A DNA stretch of 64,000 bases from Octopus sinensis (lineage: Eukaryota): the NCBI RefSeq assembly GCF_006345805.1, contig NC_043013.1, forward strand, positions 17,794,001 to 17,858,000, in the 5' to 3' direction. The position numbers and the translations under genes were made by a program. The notes beneath the pieces were generated by a model. The model searched no databases, was not told the DNA's origin, and saw only the letters and a list, made by a program, of their open reading frames with translations. Below, one piece after another: positions 39,960-51,490 of this stretch; position 1 is the first letter of the stretch; each line of letters opens with the position of its first letter.

Positions 39960-42345
39960 GTATATTTTAAACATATACACACTTTACAGAGACTTTTAGA
40001 TTTGTGCTGCATCCAAGAAGTAAGGTGGAGAGGAAGTTCTACTGGGTTCCTCACAGGCAAAGAACATAGGTATAAGATTTTCTGGGCAGGGAACACTGAT
40101 GGAGTTGGGGGCATGGGTATACTCCTTGCAGAGAAATGGATTGATAAGGTAATCAAGGTAGTCAGAGTCTATGATAGAGTAATTAAGCTTAGTCTAGTGC
40201 TGCAACATGGATTAGAAACCATTATCTCAGCTTGTGCACCTCAGCCGGGGCTACCCAATGAACAGAAAGACCAATTTTATGATACCCTCTTGCAGACTAC
40301 CACATCGACGAATGACAGGGACCTTGTTTTGTGGCTGGCGACTTCAATGGGCATGTTGGACAACATCAAGGAAGCTTCCATGGCGTACATGGTGGCTACA
40401 GATTTGGTTCCTGCAATGAGGAGGGAACCAGGCTGCTGGAGTTCTGCAATGCAAATGATCTTATGATCTGTAATACTAACTTCAGGAAACCTGCCAGTTA
40501 CCTGTTCACCTACCAGTCAGGTGGACTCACTACTCAGATTGACTACATTCTCACCAGGAAACCGGAAAGATGGCTATTTATAAATGCCAAAACCTTCCCA
40601 GGTGAAGAATGCACACCACAACATAGGTTAGTAGTTAGTGACTTCAGGATAAGGGCTAAATGGTTGACCAGAAGATGACCAGCATGGAAAAGAAGGGTCT
40701 GGAAGCTTAAGGATCCTCTGGATGGACAGAGATTTAGAGATGTATTACTTGAAACTTTTGATAACAAAGGGGAGGATAAAGCATCACATAATGTGGAAGA
40801 CAACTGGAGGTTCCTACAGAGCTACTGACCAGATCTGTGGATGGTGCAAAGTCCCCTCTCAATCTAAGGTAACTTGGTGGTAGAACAATGTAGTTGACAG
40901 GGCCACACGGGAAAAGAAACAGGTATGGAGGGACTGGAAGTGCAGTGGTAGCAGGGAAGGGTATCAAATCATCAGAAGGGAATCTAGGAGACAGGTTTAC
41001 TTAGCCAGAGGGGAAGCAGATGAGAAAAAAATTGCCAGTATTCTGCATTGTGAGAACCAGAAACTTGAAGTATTGCAAGACAGTATGTAAGAGAGAATCG
41101 TGATGTCATAGGAGAGAAATGTATCTACATGGATGATGGCTTACTTGCATTTAATGGTACTGCAAAGAGAGAGACTTGGAGACACCTCTATGAAAGGTTG
41201 CTAAATGAAGAGAATAAATAGGAGAAAGAGAGTCTGCTAAATGTCGGGACCAGAGAGGGACCAGCTATTCGAATTGACAGTACCTTGGTAGATAAAGCAA
41301 TTAAGGGTATGAAGACAGGGAAAGTCCCCGGTCCCCGGTCCATTAGGAATCACTGTGGAAATGGTTAAGATATCTGGTGGTGAAGGCTATAGTCTAGTCA
41401 CCTATATAGTCAACCAGGTGATCCATGAAGGAGTCATACCCAATGACTGGTGTAGTGGCACCATAGTCAACTGCTACAAGAGTAAAGGTGATGCTTTAGA
41501 TAGGAATAATTACAGATGTATCAAATTGTTAGACCAGGTGATGAAAGTCACGGAGAGGGTCACAGCTCAACTAATTAGGGAGAGAGTTAGTTTAGACGAG
41601 ATGCAGTTTGGGTTTGTGTCAGGGAGAAGCACCACTGATGCTATATTTCTGATAAGACAGCTGCAGGATAAATTCCTAGCCAAAGATAAACCTCTGTACT
41701 TGGCTTTCATTGACATGGAGAAAGCCCTTGACAGGGTCTCCTGATCTCTTATCTGGTGGTCAATGTGGAAACTAGGGATAGATGAGCAGTTGGTGAGAGC
41801 TGTACAAGCCGGCAACAAGTATAGTGAAGAATTCTTGATAGAAGTAGGGGTTCACTAAGGATCAGTCCTCAGCCCCCTGCCCCTACCTCTGGGAGCTCCT
41901 CTATGCTGATGACCTTGCTCTAATAGTCGAGTCATTACCAGAACTAGAGGAGAAGTTTCAGGTGTGGAAGTAAGGTCTAGAATCAAAGGGCTTTAGAGTC
42001 AATCTAGCAAAAACCAAAGTCTTAGTTAGTAGGAAGGCAGGCAAATCGCAAATCCCTTCAGGTAGACGGTCCTGCTCGATTTGTAGAAAAGGCATAGGTA
42101 GAAACTCCATAAGATGTACCCAGTGTAAGCTATAGACACATAAATGCAGCAATATCAAAGGAAGATAGTTTTTGTGTGTGGCTGCGTTGGTATGGTCATG
42201 TGTTGCATATGGACAAGGACAGCTGTGTGAAGAAGTGTCACACCCTAACAGTGGAGGGAACCTGTGGAAGAGGTAGACCTGGGATGAGGTGGTGAAGCAC
42301 GATCTTTGAACATTGGGCCTCACAGTGTCAACGACAAGGACTAGA
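39960..42345 (+). mobile_element. RTE-clade LINE, APE endonuclease plus RT, disrupted
   Basis: CIQEVRWRG, AGDFNGHVG, QIDYIL, QHRLVVSDF; RT MQFGFVSGRSTTDAIF, LAFIDMEKA, LLYADDL (TAT at 41902); stops and frameshifts. Confidence 0.95.
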
Positions 42346-42805
42346 ATGAGTTGGCAGATGGAAGGAACGAGAGAATGATGGGAAGGATGTAGGGATATTT
42401 AGAGTTGTTTAGAGGTGAGTGTAAGTGATTAGCAATAGCAGAGGTGGACAGAAGTAGAGGTGGATGATGAGGTAAAGGTGAGAGTAGGTGAAGAGTGGAG
42501 ACAGAAGTGGTCCCGAGAGAGAGTGCTGGCTGGCAGCACACCATACATCATAAGGAAGTTAGTGTATTGGAGGGTGGGTGCGAGATGGTAGTAGGCTAAT
42601 GCAGTCTCCTATGAATAGGACCACTGAAGGGCAAGTGGGCAGAGTGATGAAGATATTATCAGCAAAGGCTGAGAGGAGATGAGAGATGGAAAGCTATGAG
42701 TAATAATGAGATGGGTGAATAGAAATATGAGCAATAGGTAGATGTAATTTAGAAAAAAAAAAAAAAACTTTTGGAAAAAATGCCAGAGGTGTAAAAATTT
42801 GGGGA

Positions 42806-42924
42806 AAATTCTTCCTTGATGAAATACCAAATTAACTAGTTTCAATATGAAAATTTAAATTAAATTAATTTAATTTCTGTAATTGAACTAATCGGATATG
42901 GAAACGGCTGTAGGACAGGAATTT
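42806..42924 (+). ncRNA. Degenerate minimal hammerhead with a long stem II
   Basis: AAATTCTTCC TTGATGA AATACC...GGATATG GAAA CGGCTG TA^GGACAGGAATTT. Confidence 0.65.
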
Positions 42925-43506
42925 CGTTAATATGGAATTGAATATCTTTGAATAAACTGATGTCTGCATGTCAGTTTCTCCATTTTCTTCCTTTTCTCTC
43001 TCTCTCTCTCACACACACACGACATATCTGTGAGTGTATGTTATGTAAGACGGCTAGGATGTATGTATGAAGGTGTATATATATATATATATATATATTT
43101 ATGTGTATGTATATACTGGCTTTACAAACTACCACATTAAAGACTTCACTAGCAGAGGAGTGCAAACACAATCAATTAATGTATTTTAAAATAAAAAAAT
43201 AGATTTAGACTTTTATTGAATTTTCACTTTAATTGCATCAAACTATATAAAGTCATTACATACTCATAGGGTAGGTTTCCCATATTGTCTCACGCAAATA
43301 CTTCCCTGGGTGGGACTCTGGTCCATTGCAGGAATAGTCATTTTTGCCAGATGAATGGACTGGAGCAATGTGAGAAATGAAGTATTTGCTCAAGAACATA
43401 ATACATTGTTCAGTCCAAGGGATTGAAACCACAATCTTATGATCATGATTCCAACACCCAAACCACTAAGCCATACACCTCCACTAAATACTGTGTTTAT
43501 GATATA

Positions 43507-43885
43507 TCTCTCTATATATAAAGCTGAAGTTGTCTGTGTATGGCAGGTTTAGTAGCCTTCAACTAACACCTATCTCCTCCGAGACCCTGTAGCGCAAGTT
43601 GACCAAAATTGAGAGTATGATAGAAGAAGGCTTGCTCTTCATTCTGTAGAAGAATAAATTCAAATTGGACCATGTTAACACCAAAAAGATGCTTTTTTTC
43701 TATGAAAATCCCTAATTTTTTAACGATTTTGTGACTGCTGTGTTGCCATTTTTCGGTGTATTTCAACCAGAAAAATGTTCACTTACAGAGAATAACAAGC
43801 TACATAATGCAAAATTTTTACTTTTCAAAAATTCCAATTCTAAAGGGTCGAAACGAACCCGAGCAACGCCGGGCGATACTGCTAG
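43507..43885 (+). mobile_element. Non-autonomous Helitron
   Basis: A|TC start, CCCG-AGCAACGC-CGGG hairpin, CTAG|T end. Confidence 0.85.
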
Positions 43886-44204
43886 TTGTAATATAAAGAA
43901 GGAATTTTGTCCTAAGAGGTTTATGTCACTGCTGTTGCTATTAATATTCAGTGATAATGTCTGAATTACGGTTTACAAGTAACAAAAGGACACCAAAATA
44001 TTACAAAGGATTCTGTACAACCAGATATGGGGAAGGGGCCTTGAGTTATTCCTGTCCAGGATGGCATCCACCCTCGTCGTATTTATGTGTATATATGCAT
44101 ATTGTATTTTGTATGTACCATAGTCATATGTGTATATCTATGTACATAAGTTTCGTTTTTGGATTCGGTTTGCAAGATTCTTTATATGAGTTCGTGTGTT
44201 GAAG

Positions 44205-44362
44205 CATATTCTGTTGTGTCTGGGGAGAGTCAAAACTATTGAAAAGGTTGCAAGACGCAACGAAAATTTTAGGACAATAAAAATAAGAAAAAAGTGAAAA
44301 CTTTACTGGTGAGTGTGTTAAGGCACAAAAAGAAAATGACTCTCCCCAAACAACAGAATATG
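44205..44362. mobile_element. MITE-like element with ~26-bp TIRs
   Basis: CATATTCTGTTGTGTCTGGGGAGAGTCA / TGACTCTCCCCAAACAACAGAATATG; internal part recurs at about 56650-56760. Confidence 0.7.
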
Positions 44363-45147
44363 TAAATAAGTGTTTGTATGTAAATGTATGTAGATATATG
44401 TGTGAACGTATGTACGTACATCTATGTACATGCATATGTTTGTAGATACATCATACTATGTTTGCAGCCTGTTAGATATATTATGTATGTCATGTTTTGT
44501 TGTATTGTAAGTATATATGTTATATTGTGTATACATTAGTGTGTGTGTGTGTATTTATATATAGGCATACCTACACATGTGTGCACCCCTGCCGACTTTA
44601 TTTTCTCATAACTTCCAGAGAAACATATTTTTAAATGAAATTTCCTACAGATATTTTTCAAATGGTGTACATGCCTACGATTATATAGGAATCTAATATA
44701 AGTCGCACAAGTACACATTGACACACATCACATATAGCCACAAAATGAAACTTAGCAATTTTGAAAAAGAATTGTGATGTAAAAAAAATGTGTGTGTGTT
44801 CACTATTTTTCTTTTCACATCAAATTTTGACATAATTGTAATTTACACACCCTAAAAAGTATTTGTAGAAAATTTCATTAAGGGATACCCATTTTTCTGA
44901 ATCTTCTTCCACCACTAAGGAACGTTTTCCACAACAAATTCCGATATAATCGGAATCTACACCATCTGGAGCATATTTTTAGAAAATTTCATTAGAAAAA
45001 AAAAATTTTCTGTAAGTTATGAGGAAACAAAGTCGACGAGGGATGCACATGTGAAGACATGCATATATATACCAGAGTAAGTACATAAATGTGAAACAAG
45101 GTGGAAGAAAACAGTACTCGAATACTGGAGGTAGAGTAATATGTTTC

Positions 45148-45284
45148 ATTAACAAAGCTGCAAAGACTCACAAAAGCTGTTACTCGGAGTTTCACGCTCC
45201 CGTTCGTTGGACAGTTTTGTTGGACGAACGGGAACGTGAAACTCCGAGTAACAGTTTTTGTGATGCCTTTGCAGCTTTATTAAT
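45148..45284. mobile_element. Hairpin element made of two inverted degenerate hammerheads
   Basis: Minus: AAAACTGT CCAACGA ACG-GGAG-CGT GAAA CTCCGAG TA ACAGC; plus: TGT TGGACGA ACG-GGAA-CGT GAAA CTCCGAG TA ACAGT; same family as 29974. Confidence 0.75.
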
Positions 45285-45413
45285 AATATTTACTCTTACT
45301 CTTAACTCGTTTCAGTCATTTGACTGCGGCCATGCTGGAGCACCGCCTTTAGTCGAAGAAATCGACCCCAGGACTTATTCTTTGTAAGCCTAGTATTTCG
45401 AGTGGAGAAAAAA

Positions 45414-45485
<72 letters not shown>

Positions 45486-45744
45486 TAGTATGTAGTAATT
45501 CTTTTTTCTCCACTCGAAATACGTAAAACAACAAACAGCTAGTACAGAAAGAATAAAGGTGGATACAGGGTTTGAACTTCGGACAACTTGTTTTTAAGCC
45601 ACATGCCAACTTATAAAAAAAATGTTTAAAGCAAAAAACATTCTGTTAATTTAATAATGTCTGCTTATAGGTGTATATATATTATCTTTGCATGTTATCT
45701 TTTAAAGTATGTCAATCTCCCCCTTTCTCTCTCTATATATATAT

Positions 45745-46002
45745 GGAGTGGCTCTGTCATAAGTAGCTTGTTTACCAACTCCATGGTTCCGGGTTCAGTC
45801 CCATTGCGTGGCCTGTCGTATTTATATATGTATATGTTTGTGTGTGTGTTTGCGTTTGTCCCACAACATAGCAGTTCAGCAAAAGACACCGATAGAATAA
45901 GTACTAGTATGGCAAAGAATGAGTCCTGGTGTCGATTTGCGTCATAAGTAGCTTGTTTACCAACTCCATGGTTCCGGGTTCAGTCCCATTGCGTGGCCTG
46001 TC

Positions 46003-46034
<32 letters not shown>

Positions 46035-46320
46035 CAATTAAGGACAACTACTTAATAAGGAAAACTTAACAAGAAATTGTCAGGTAGATAGCGTAAAAAC
46101 CTCATAAGAGAAAATTTCGAAAATAATTATTTCTTATTGTATGTATATATGTTTGTGTGTGTGTTTGCGTTTGTCCCACAACATAGCAGTTCAGCGAAAG
46201 ACACCGATAGAATAAGTACTAGTATGGCAAAGAATGAGTCCTGGTGTCGATTTGCTTGACCAAAGGCGGTGCTCCAGCATCGACATACTCAAATGACTGA
46301 AACAAGTAAAAAAATAAAAG
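45745..46320 (+). mobile_element. Rearranged SINE family B with internal 185-bp duplication and insert
   Basis: A-B-A-X-B layout, see findings. Confidence 0.75.
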
Positions 46321-46741
46321 GGTGTGTGTGTGATGATTTTGGGACAGAACTCTTTAGATAACAATAATAGTCCGTTAATATTAAGTAGAAGAAACGATAT
46401 CCTGAGTATTCTAGGGATCCACTAATTGACAACAATAACTCATGACATATTATATGTGATTATTATTATAAGCGACACTTCCACTGTATGGAATATAATA
46501 TATTTAGATTTACAAATAAGGGTGTTTGGAAACAAGAAAATCTAAGAGAGAGAGAGAGAAAGAGAGAAAGAGAGAAAAAGAGAGAGAGAGAGACATACAG
46601 AGAAGCATCACTTCGAGTAAACATCCATCCATCCATCCATACATACATAGTCAGTGAATTGTCACGCCAGCCCTTCTGACGATTACCATGGGTAAAATCG
46701 GTTGATATTGATCTATAATACTACACGTGCGTGTGTGTGTG

Positions 46742-46799
<58 letters not shown>

Positions 46800-46821
46800 T
46801 AACACTAGAGGTACGGAAGTC

Positions 46822-46893
46822 AATCCATTACGGCCGTTTCTAACGACGCCTTTAATTGATTAATGAAAACATTACGTTTTCGTCAGATGAATT
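46822..46893 (-). ncRNA. Minimal type I hammerhead ribozyme
   Basis: AATTCAT CTGACGA AAACG...CGTTA GAAA CGGCCG TA^ATGGATT; palindrome ACGGCCGT; predicted cut between 46829 and 46828. Confidence 0.85.
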
Positions 46894-47094
46894 CATGAAC
46901 TTCAATATATATATATATATATAATGAAAGCAGAGAATGGAGATAGAATTGATGAATAACAATTGATCTCCACCAGTGGATTAATTGGATACAAGTATCT
47001 TTTAGACGGTTGTTATAATCTCTAAGTTAACTCACACACACACACATGGTGATATAGACAGGAAAAACAGAACTCAAAATATGAGCACATGTAT

Positions 47095-47199
<105 letters not shown>

Positions 47200-48914
47200 A
47201 TCACAAAACCTCTCAAAACTAGAAACCATCAATCAGGCAATATAAATATATGTAATCATCATAAACCATGAACCTTATAACATGTTCAACAGTTACGAGT
47301 GTGAAAGACAACTCAGAATGAGACCCCAAGATAAAAGGCTACAGATTTGGGTGAACGATTATCAGAACTTGACTGGTACTTCATTTCCTACATAAAATAT
47401 ATCAAACTATTATGTTGTTCTTGTATCAATAATAACTCTGTGACATGTATCGAGTACTCCCTGGCATTTCGAACTAAGATCTTTGAACGGAATATGTTTG
47501 TGTTTATTCATCCATGACATTGAGTGCTTGATACACGTTTGTGATAGATGTGTGTAGACTTTGCTGTGTGTAGACTTTTAATACTATTGAACCCTCCTCC
47601 GTAGGATGCTTCAAACTTTGAAAATAATGGTTATTAATGTTAGTCACGTACAACTATTTTAAAGTATGTGTTTCAACATAGATACTCTTACAGAGTTTTA
47701 AAATCAACAAATCAATATAGTTAAACCATAACACGGAAGTTTTAAAGTTTAAGATGAAACTTTCAAAACATTCATTTTCATATACAGGTTTCAAAACAAC
47801 TAACCTCATACCTTTTAAATACATGTCTAAACATTTTCTATAGCCTAGTTTCAAACAGCAATTTCAAAACTCAGACCTAAAGATGGTAACCCCTTAAGCG
47901 TCCTACAGAAGCTAAAAATCTAAGTTAAAAGTGTACAGTAAGTTGTCACATACAGATGCCTACTCTAAGTTGTCACATACGGAAGTTTCTTATACTATTC
48001 TTAAATAATTTTATATACCGTAACCCCATAGAGCAGTTTCAAAACCCATACCTCAAAATGGTAACCCCTGAGCCCTCTACGGTAGCTCCAGGCTCATATT
48101 AAAAGTTCCAAGCATGTTATCCCATATGGTTGTAAAGAATATATCTAAGGTTATATATTTAACTGGATTTAAACGGATAATTTCAACAGAGAATATTAAT
48201 TGTTGGAATTTGGGATTATGTGTCATCTTGGCAGTTGTCAATAAATACATCTGACCCCACTCTCTTTGAAGTTTCACGGGATAAATCTGTAATAATATCA
48301 CCAGGTTGAAATAGACCCAGATATGAGTCTTCCATTTACTTATTTTGGATTCTCGATTTCTTTGTTTCGATCGATTTTTATTTATCTTATCGATTAAAAA
48401 TAAATATTCACAGTAAATATCCTGTAAGTTCTTTTATTTTTTAAAACCCCTTATTAAAATTTTTTTAAAAACTTTCACAGAGATATTATAACTCAACTCA
48501 TGCACATATATACACAGATATAAGAATTATCTATAATTTTACTTAAAATAATATTCAATTTATAAAATTAAAATAAATATAAATTTTTGTAATAGAAAAG
48601 GAACTATAAAAAAATTAATTACATAAAACATTTTAAAATAATCGGAGATATCAACAAATTATTGCATAATACAAATGAAAATAACCAAAGTTAATGAAGT
48701 TTTGTGAAGTGTTATTTTTTGCTGTTTCTGGTGAGATGTTTGTATGTATGTATGTATGGGTAGGGGATCGAAATTCGATTCCGCACCTTAGAAAGATGAT
48801 TTGTTTTGAAACTGGTCCCAGAACAGGGCGAAGGTACAATGACTTAAAAACCTGCGAAAGAACACGAAGAAAAAGAAACAGCTAGATGAGAGAACCCATC
48901 TCGGAATGACTTAC

Positions 48915-48965
48915 CGATTTAGGGGTATTGTCTTTACTGGGGTACGACGACTGTACTTGCAACAT
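48915..48965 (-). CDS. Candidate first coding exon MLQVQSSYPSKDNTPKS (phase 0)
   Basis: ATG at 48965; 17 codons then consensus donor TCG|GTAAGT; CpG-rich unique surroundings. Confidence 0.35.
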
Positions 48966-50604
48966 ATTGTCAACTGAGTGTATATATCCGAACGTTGTTG
49001 TTTACTGCACGACACAATCATAAATGATTCTAATGCTCTCAGTGTCAAGTGTATATATAAAAGTGTGTGTGTGTGTACATGCGTGCGAGCGCACGCGCGC
49101 GTGTGTAAGAGAGTTGTAAATATAAGTTTATATCTATATATCTATCTATATATAAATATATATATATTTAGGCTCCAATAAACACTTGTCTGGTGTTGTT
49201 ATTGTTTATATATGGATGTGTTGTTTTTAATGGTAACAATATATTAATGTTATTGTTGTTGTTGTTATAGATTCTTTCTCAACTCAACAAGTGCGATCAG
49301 TAACGTTTAAGTGAAGAAAAAAAAGTGATATAAACCCGTCTATACAGCTCTGCCTCAAGTCAAAACTGTTTGTGACCCAATATTAAATGTGATCTCGTGT
49401 GTATGTGTATGTGTGTGTGTGTGTGTGTGTGTGAAAGAGTTCGCACACACCTCCGTATACAACAAAAGAGGTACAATTAAGAGGTTGGGTGTTTGAAGCT
49501 GGGTTAGGTGAGTTGATAATTAGGCGGGAGGGCAATGGGTTGGCAACTCAGATGGCTGGTCGCTCGTTGATCAGACTGTCTTCTTGTCTGTCTATCTACC
49601 CCACCTCTCTCATTCTTATATCATCTCTTTATCAGTTTTCCCCCTCTCTCTCTCGCTTCTGTTTTTTTCTTATATCTTTCTCTTCCTCTTCCCCTCCCTC
49701 CCTAACCTTGTCTCCCCCTCTGTCTATATGTATAGAGAGAGAGAGAGAGAGAGAGAACGATAGACACATAAACATATACATACCCATGTATGTGTGTGTG
49801 TTTATGTCTCTAGGGTGTGTACAAGCGTGTGTATTTGTGTGTCTTTCTCTCTCCTTATCTCTCCCTCCCCCTGACACATCATATGACTATCTCTCTGTCT
49901 CTCTCTATTTCTCTCATTCATATTATATTTCTTTATCTCCCACCCTTCTTCCTTCATCCATCTCTGTCTTTCTTTAATTCTCTTTCACCAAATCTCTCGT
50001 TATCTTCCATACCCCATGTCTATATATCTGTCATATTTGTTCTGCCTAGTTTCTCTCTCTTTTCCCATTTGTCTTTCTGTTTCTCTCTCTGTTCCCCCTC
50101 TCTCTATTCAGTGTCTCTAGCTTTCTTTTTCCTCTGTCTTCTCTCCCTCTTTATCTCTCTCTATTTCTATCTATGCCTGTCTCCCTATCTACCTTTTTTC
50201 CAGTCATTTCTCTCTCTCTTTCTTTCTCTTTCTCTCCACTCCCTCATTCTTCACGATTCTTCTTAACCTTTCACCTTCTCACACTCACCATTGCTTACTC
50301 AGTCTTTCTCACACTCTCTTTGTCATGCACTCTCTCCCCCTCCCTCCCTCCCTCTCTCATCCCACCACCCTCCCCTGTGTCAACTCGGTGGTAGACATTG
50401 AGTGTGTAAAGAAATACAATTTCACTCACTCAGATAAAATGTTATTTCGATAATTCGAATTTTAAAAAAGTTTGAAAACTTAGACACCACATACACACAC
50501 ACGCACACATATATGTATGCATACATGCATGTATGTAAATATGCATGCATGTACACATACATCTATACATTATATGTGTATGAGTGTGTGTATGTATATA
50601 TATC

Positions 50605-50905
50605 ATCATCATCATCATCGTTTAACGTCCGTTTTCCATGCTAGCATGGGTTGGACGGTTCGACCGGGGTCTGAGAAGCCAGGAGACTGCACCAGGCTCC
50701 AGTCTGATCTGGCAGTGTTTCTACAGCTGGATGCCCTTCCTAACGCCAACCACTCCGTGAGTGTAGTGGGTGCCTTTTACTTGCCAGGTGAAGCTGGCAA
50801 CGGCCACGATCGGTTGGTGCTTTTTACGTGTCACCGGCACTGGTATCACAACTACAATTTCCGTTGATTTTTTGATCGATTTTGATTTCACTTGTCTCAA
50901 CAGGT
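50605..50905 (-). mobile_element. RTE LINE 3' tail
   Basis: (CAT)n CGTTTAACGTCCGTTTTCCATGCTAGC... Confidence 0.75.
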
Positions 50906-51028
50906 CTTCGCAAGCTTATATATATATATATATATATATAATGAAGGATGGCTAGTAGAAATACATAAATCTGGAAGAGAATCACACTCCAAGATGTAGA
51001 CCAGTTAATATTATAGTGGGGTAGGACG

Positions 51029-51099
51029 GTTTATGGGGTTACCCTGGGTTTCTCGGTCATAAGGGGTTTAGCCTTACAGTGTATCTTCAGACCCCAAAC
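51029..51099 (-). ncRNA. Minimal type I hammerhead (weak stem II base) inside the inverted-repeat element 51012-51183
   Basis: GTTTGGGGT CTGAAGA ...TAAGG-loop-CCTTA... GAAA CCC-A-GGG TA^ACCCCATAAAC; predicted cut between 51040 and 51039. Confidence 0.7.
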
Positions 51100-51176
51100 A
51101 CTGCTAGCCTGAGAGCTCTTTAGGGGTCTTAGGTCAACAGTGTTATAGTGGAGTAGGCCATAAACTGGCCTACCCC

Positions 51177-51209
<33 letters not shown>

Positions 51210-51490
51210 TATTTGAACCGTCCACCCATGCTAGCATGGAAAACGGACGCTAAATGATGATGATGATGATGATGATGATGATATTTATATAATATATATA
51301 ATATATATATATATAATATATATCATATCATCATCATCATTCATTTAGCGTCCGTTCTCCATGCTAGCATGGGTTGGACGGTTCAACTGGGCTCTGTGAA
51401 GCTGGAAGGCTTCATCAGCCCAAGTCAGATCTGGCAGTGTTTCTACGGCTGGATGCCCTTCCTAATGCCAACCACTCCGTGAGTGTGTGG

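Noticed and set aside
44140-44160. CGAAACTTATGTA on minus (near-palindromic stem III)
   Set aside because: No upstream core or stem I found
46676-46712. CTGACGA TTACC-ATG-GGTAA AATCGGTTGATA
   Set aside because: G12 missing and no stem I; at best a remote relic, not counted among the 13
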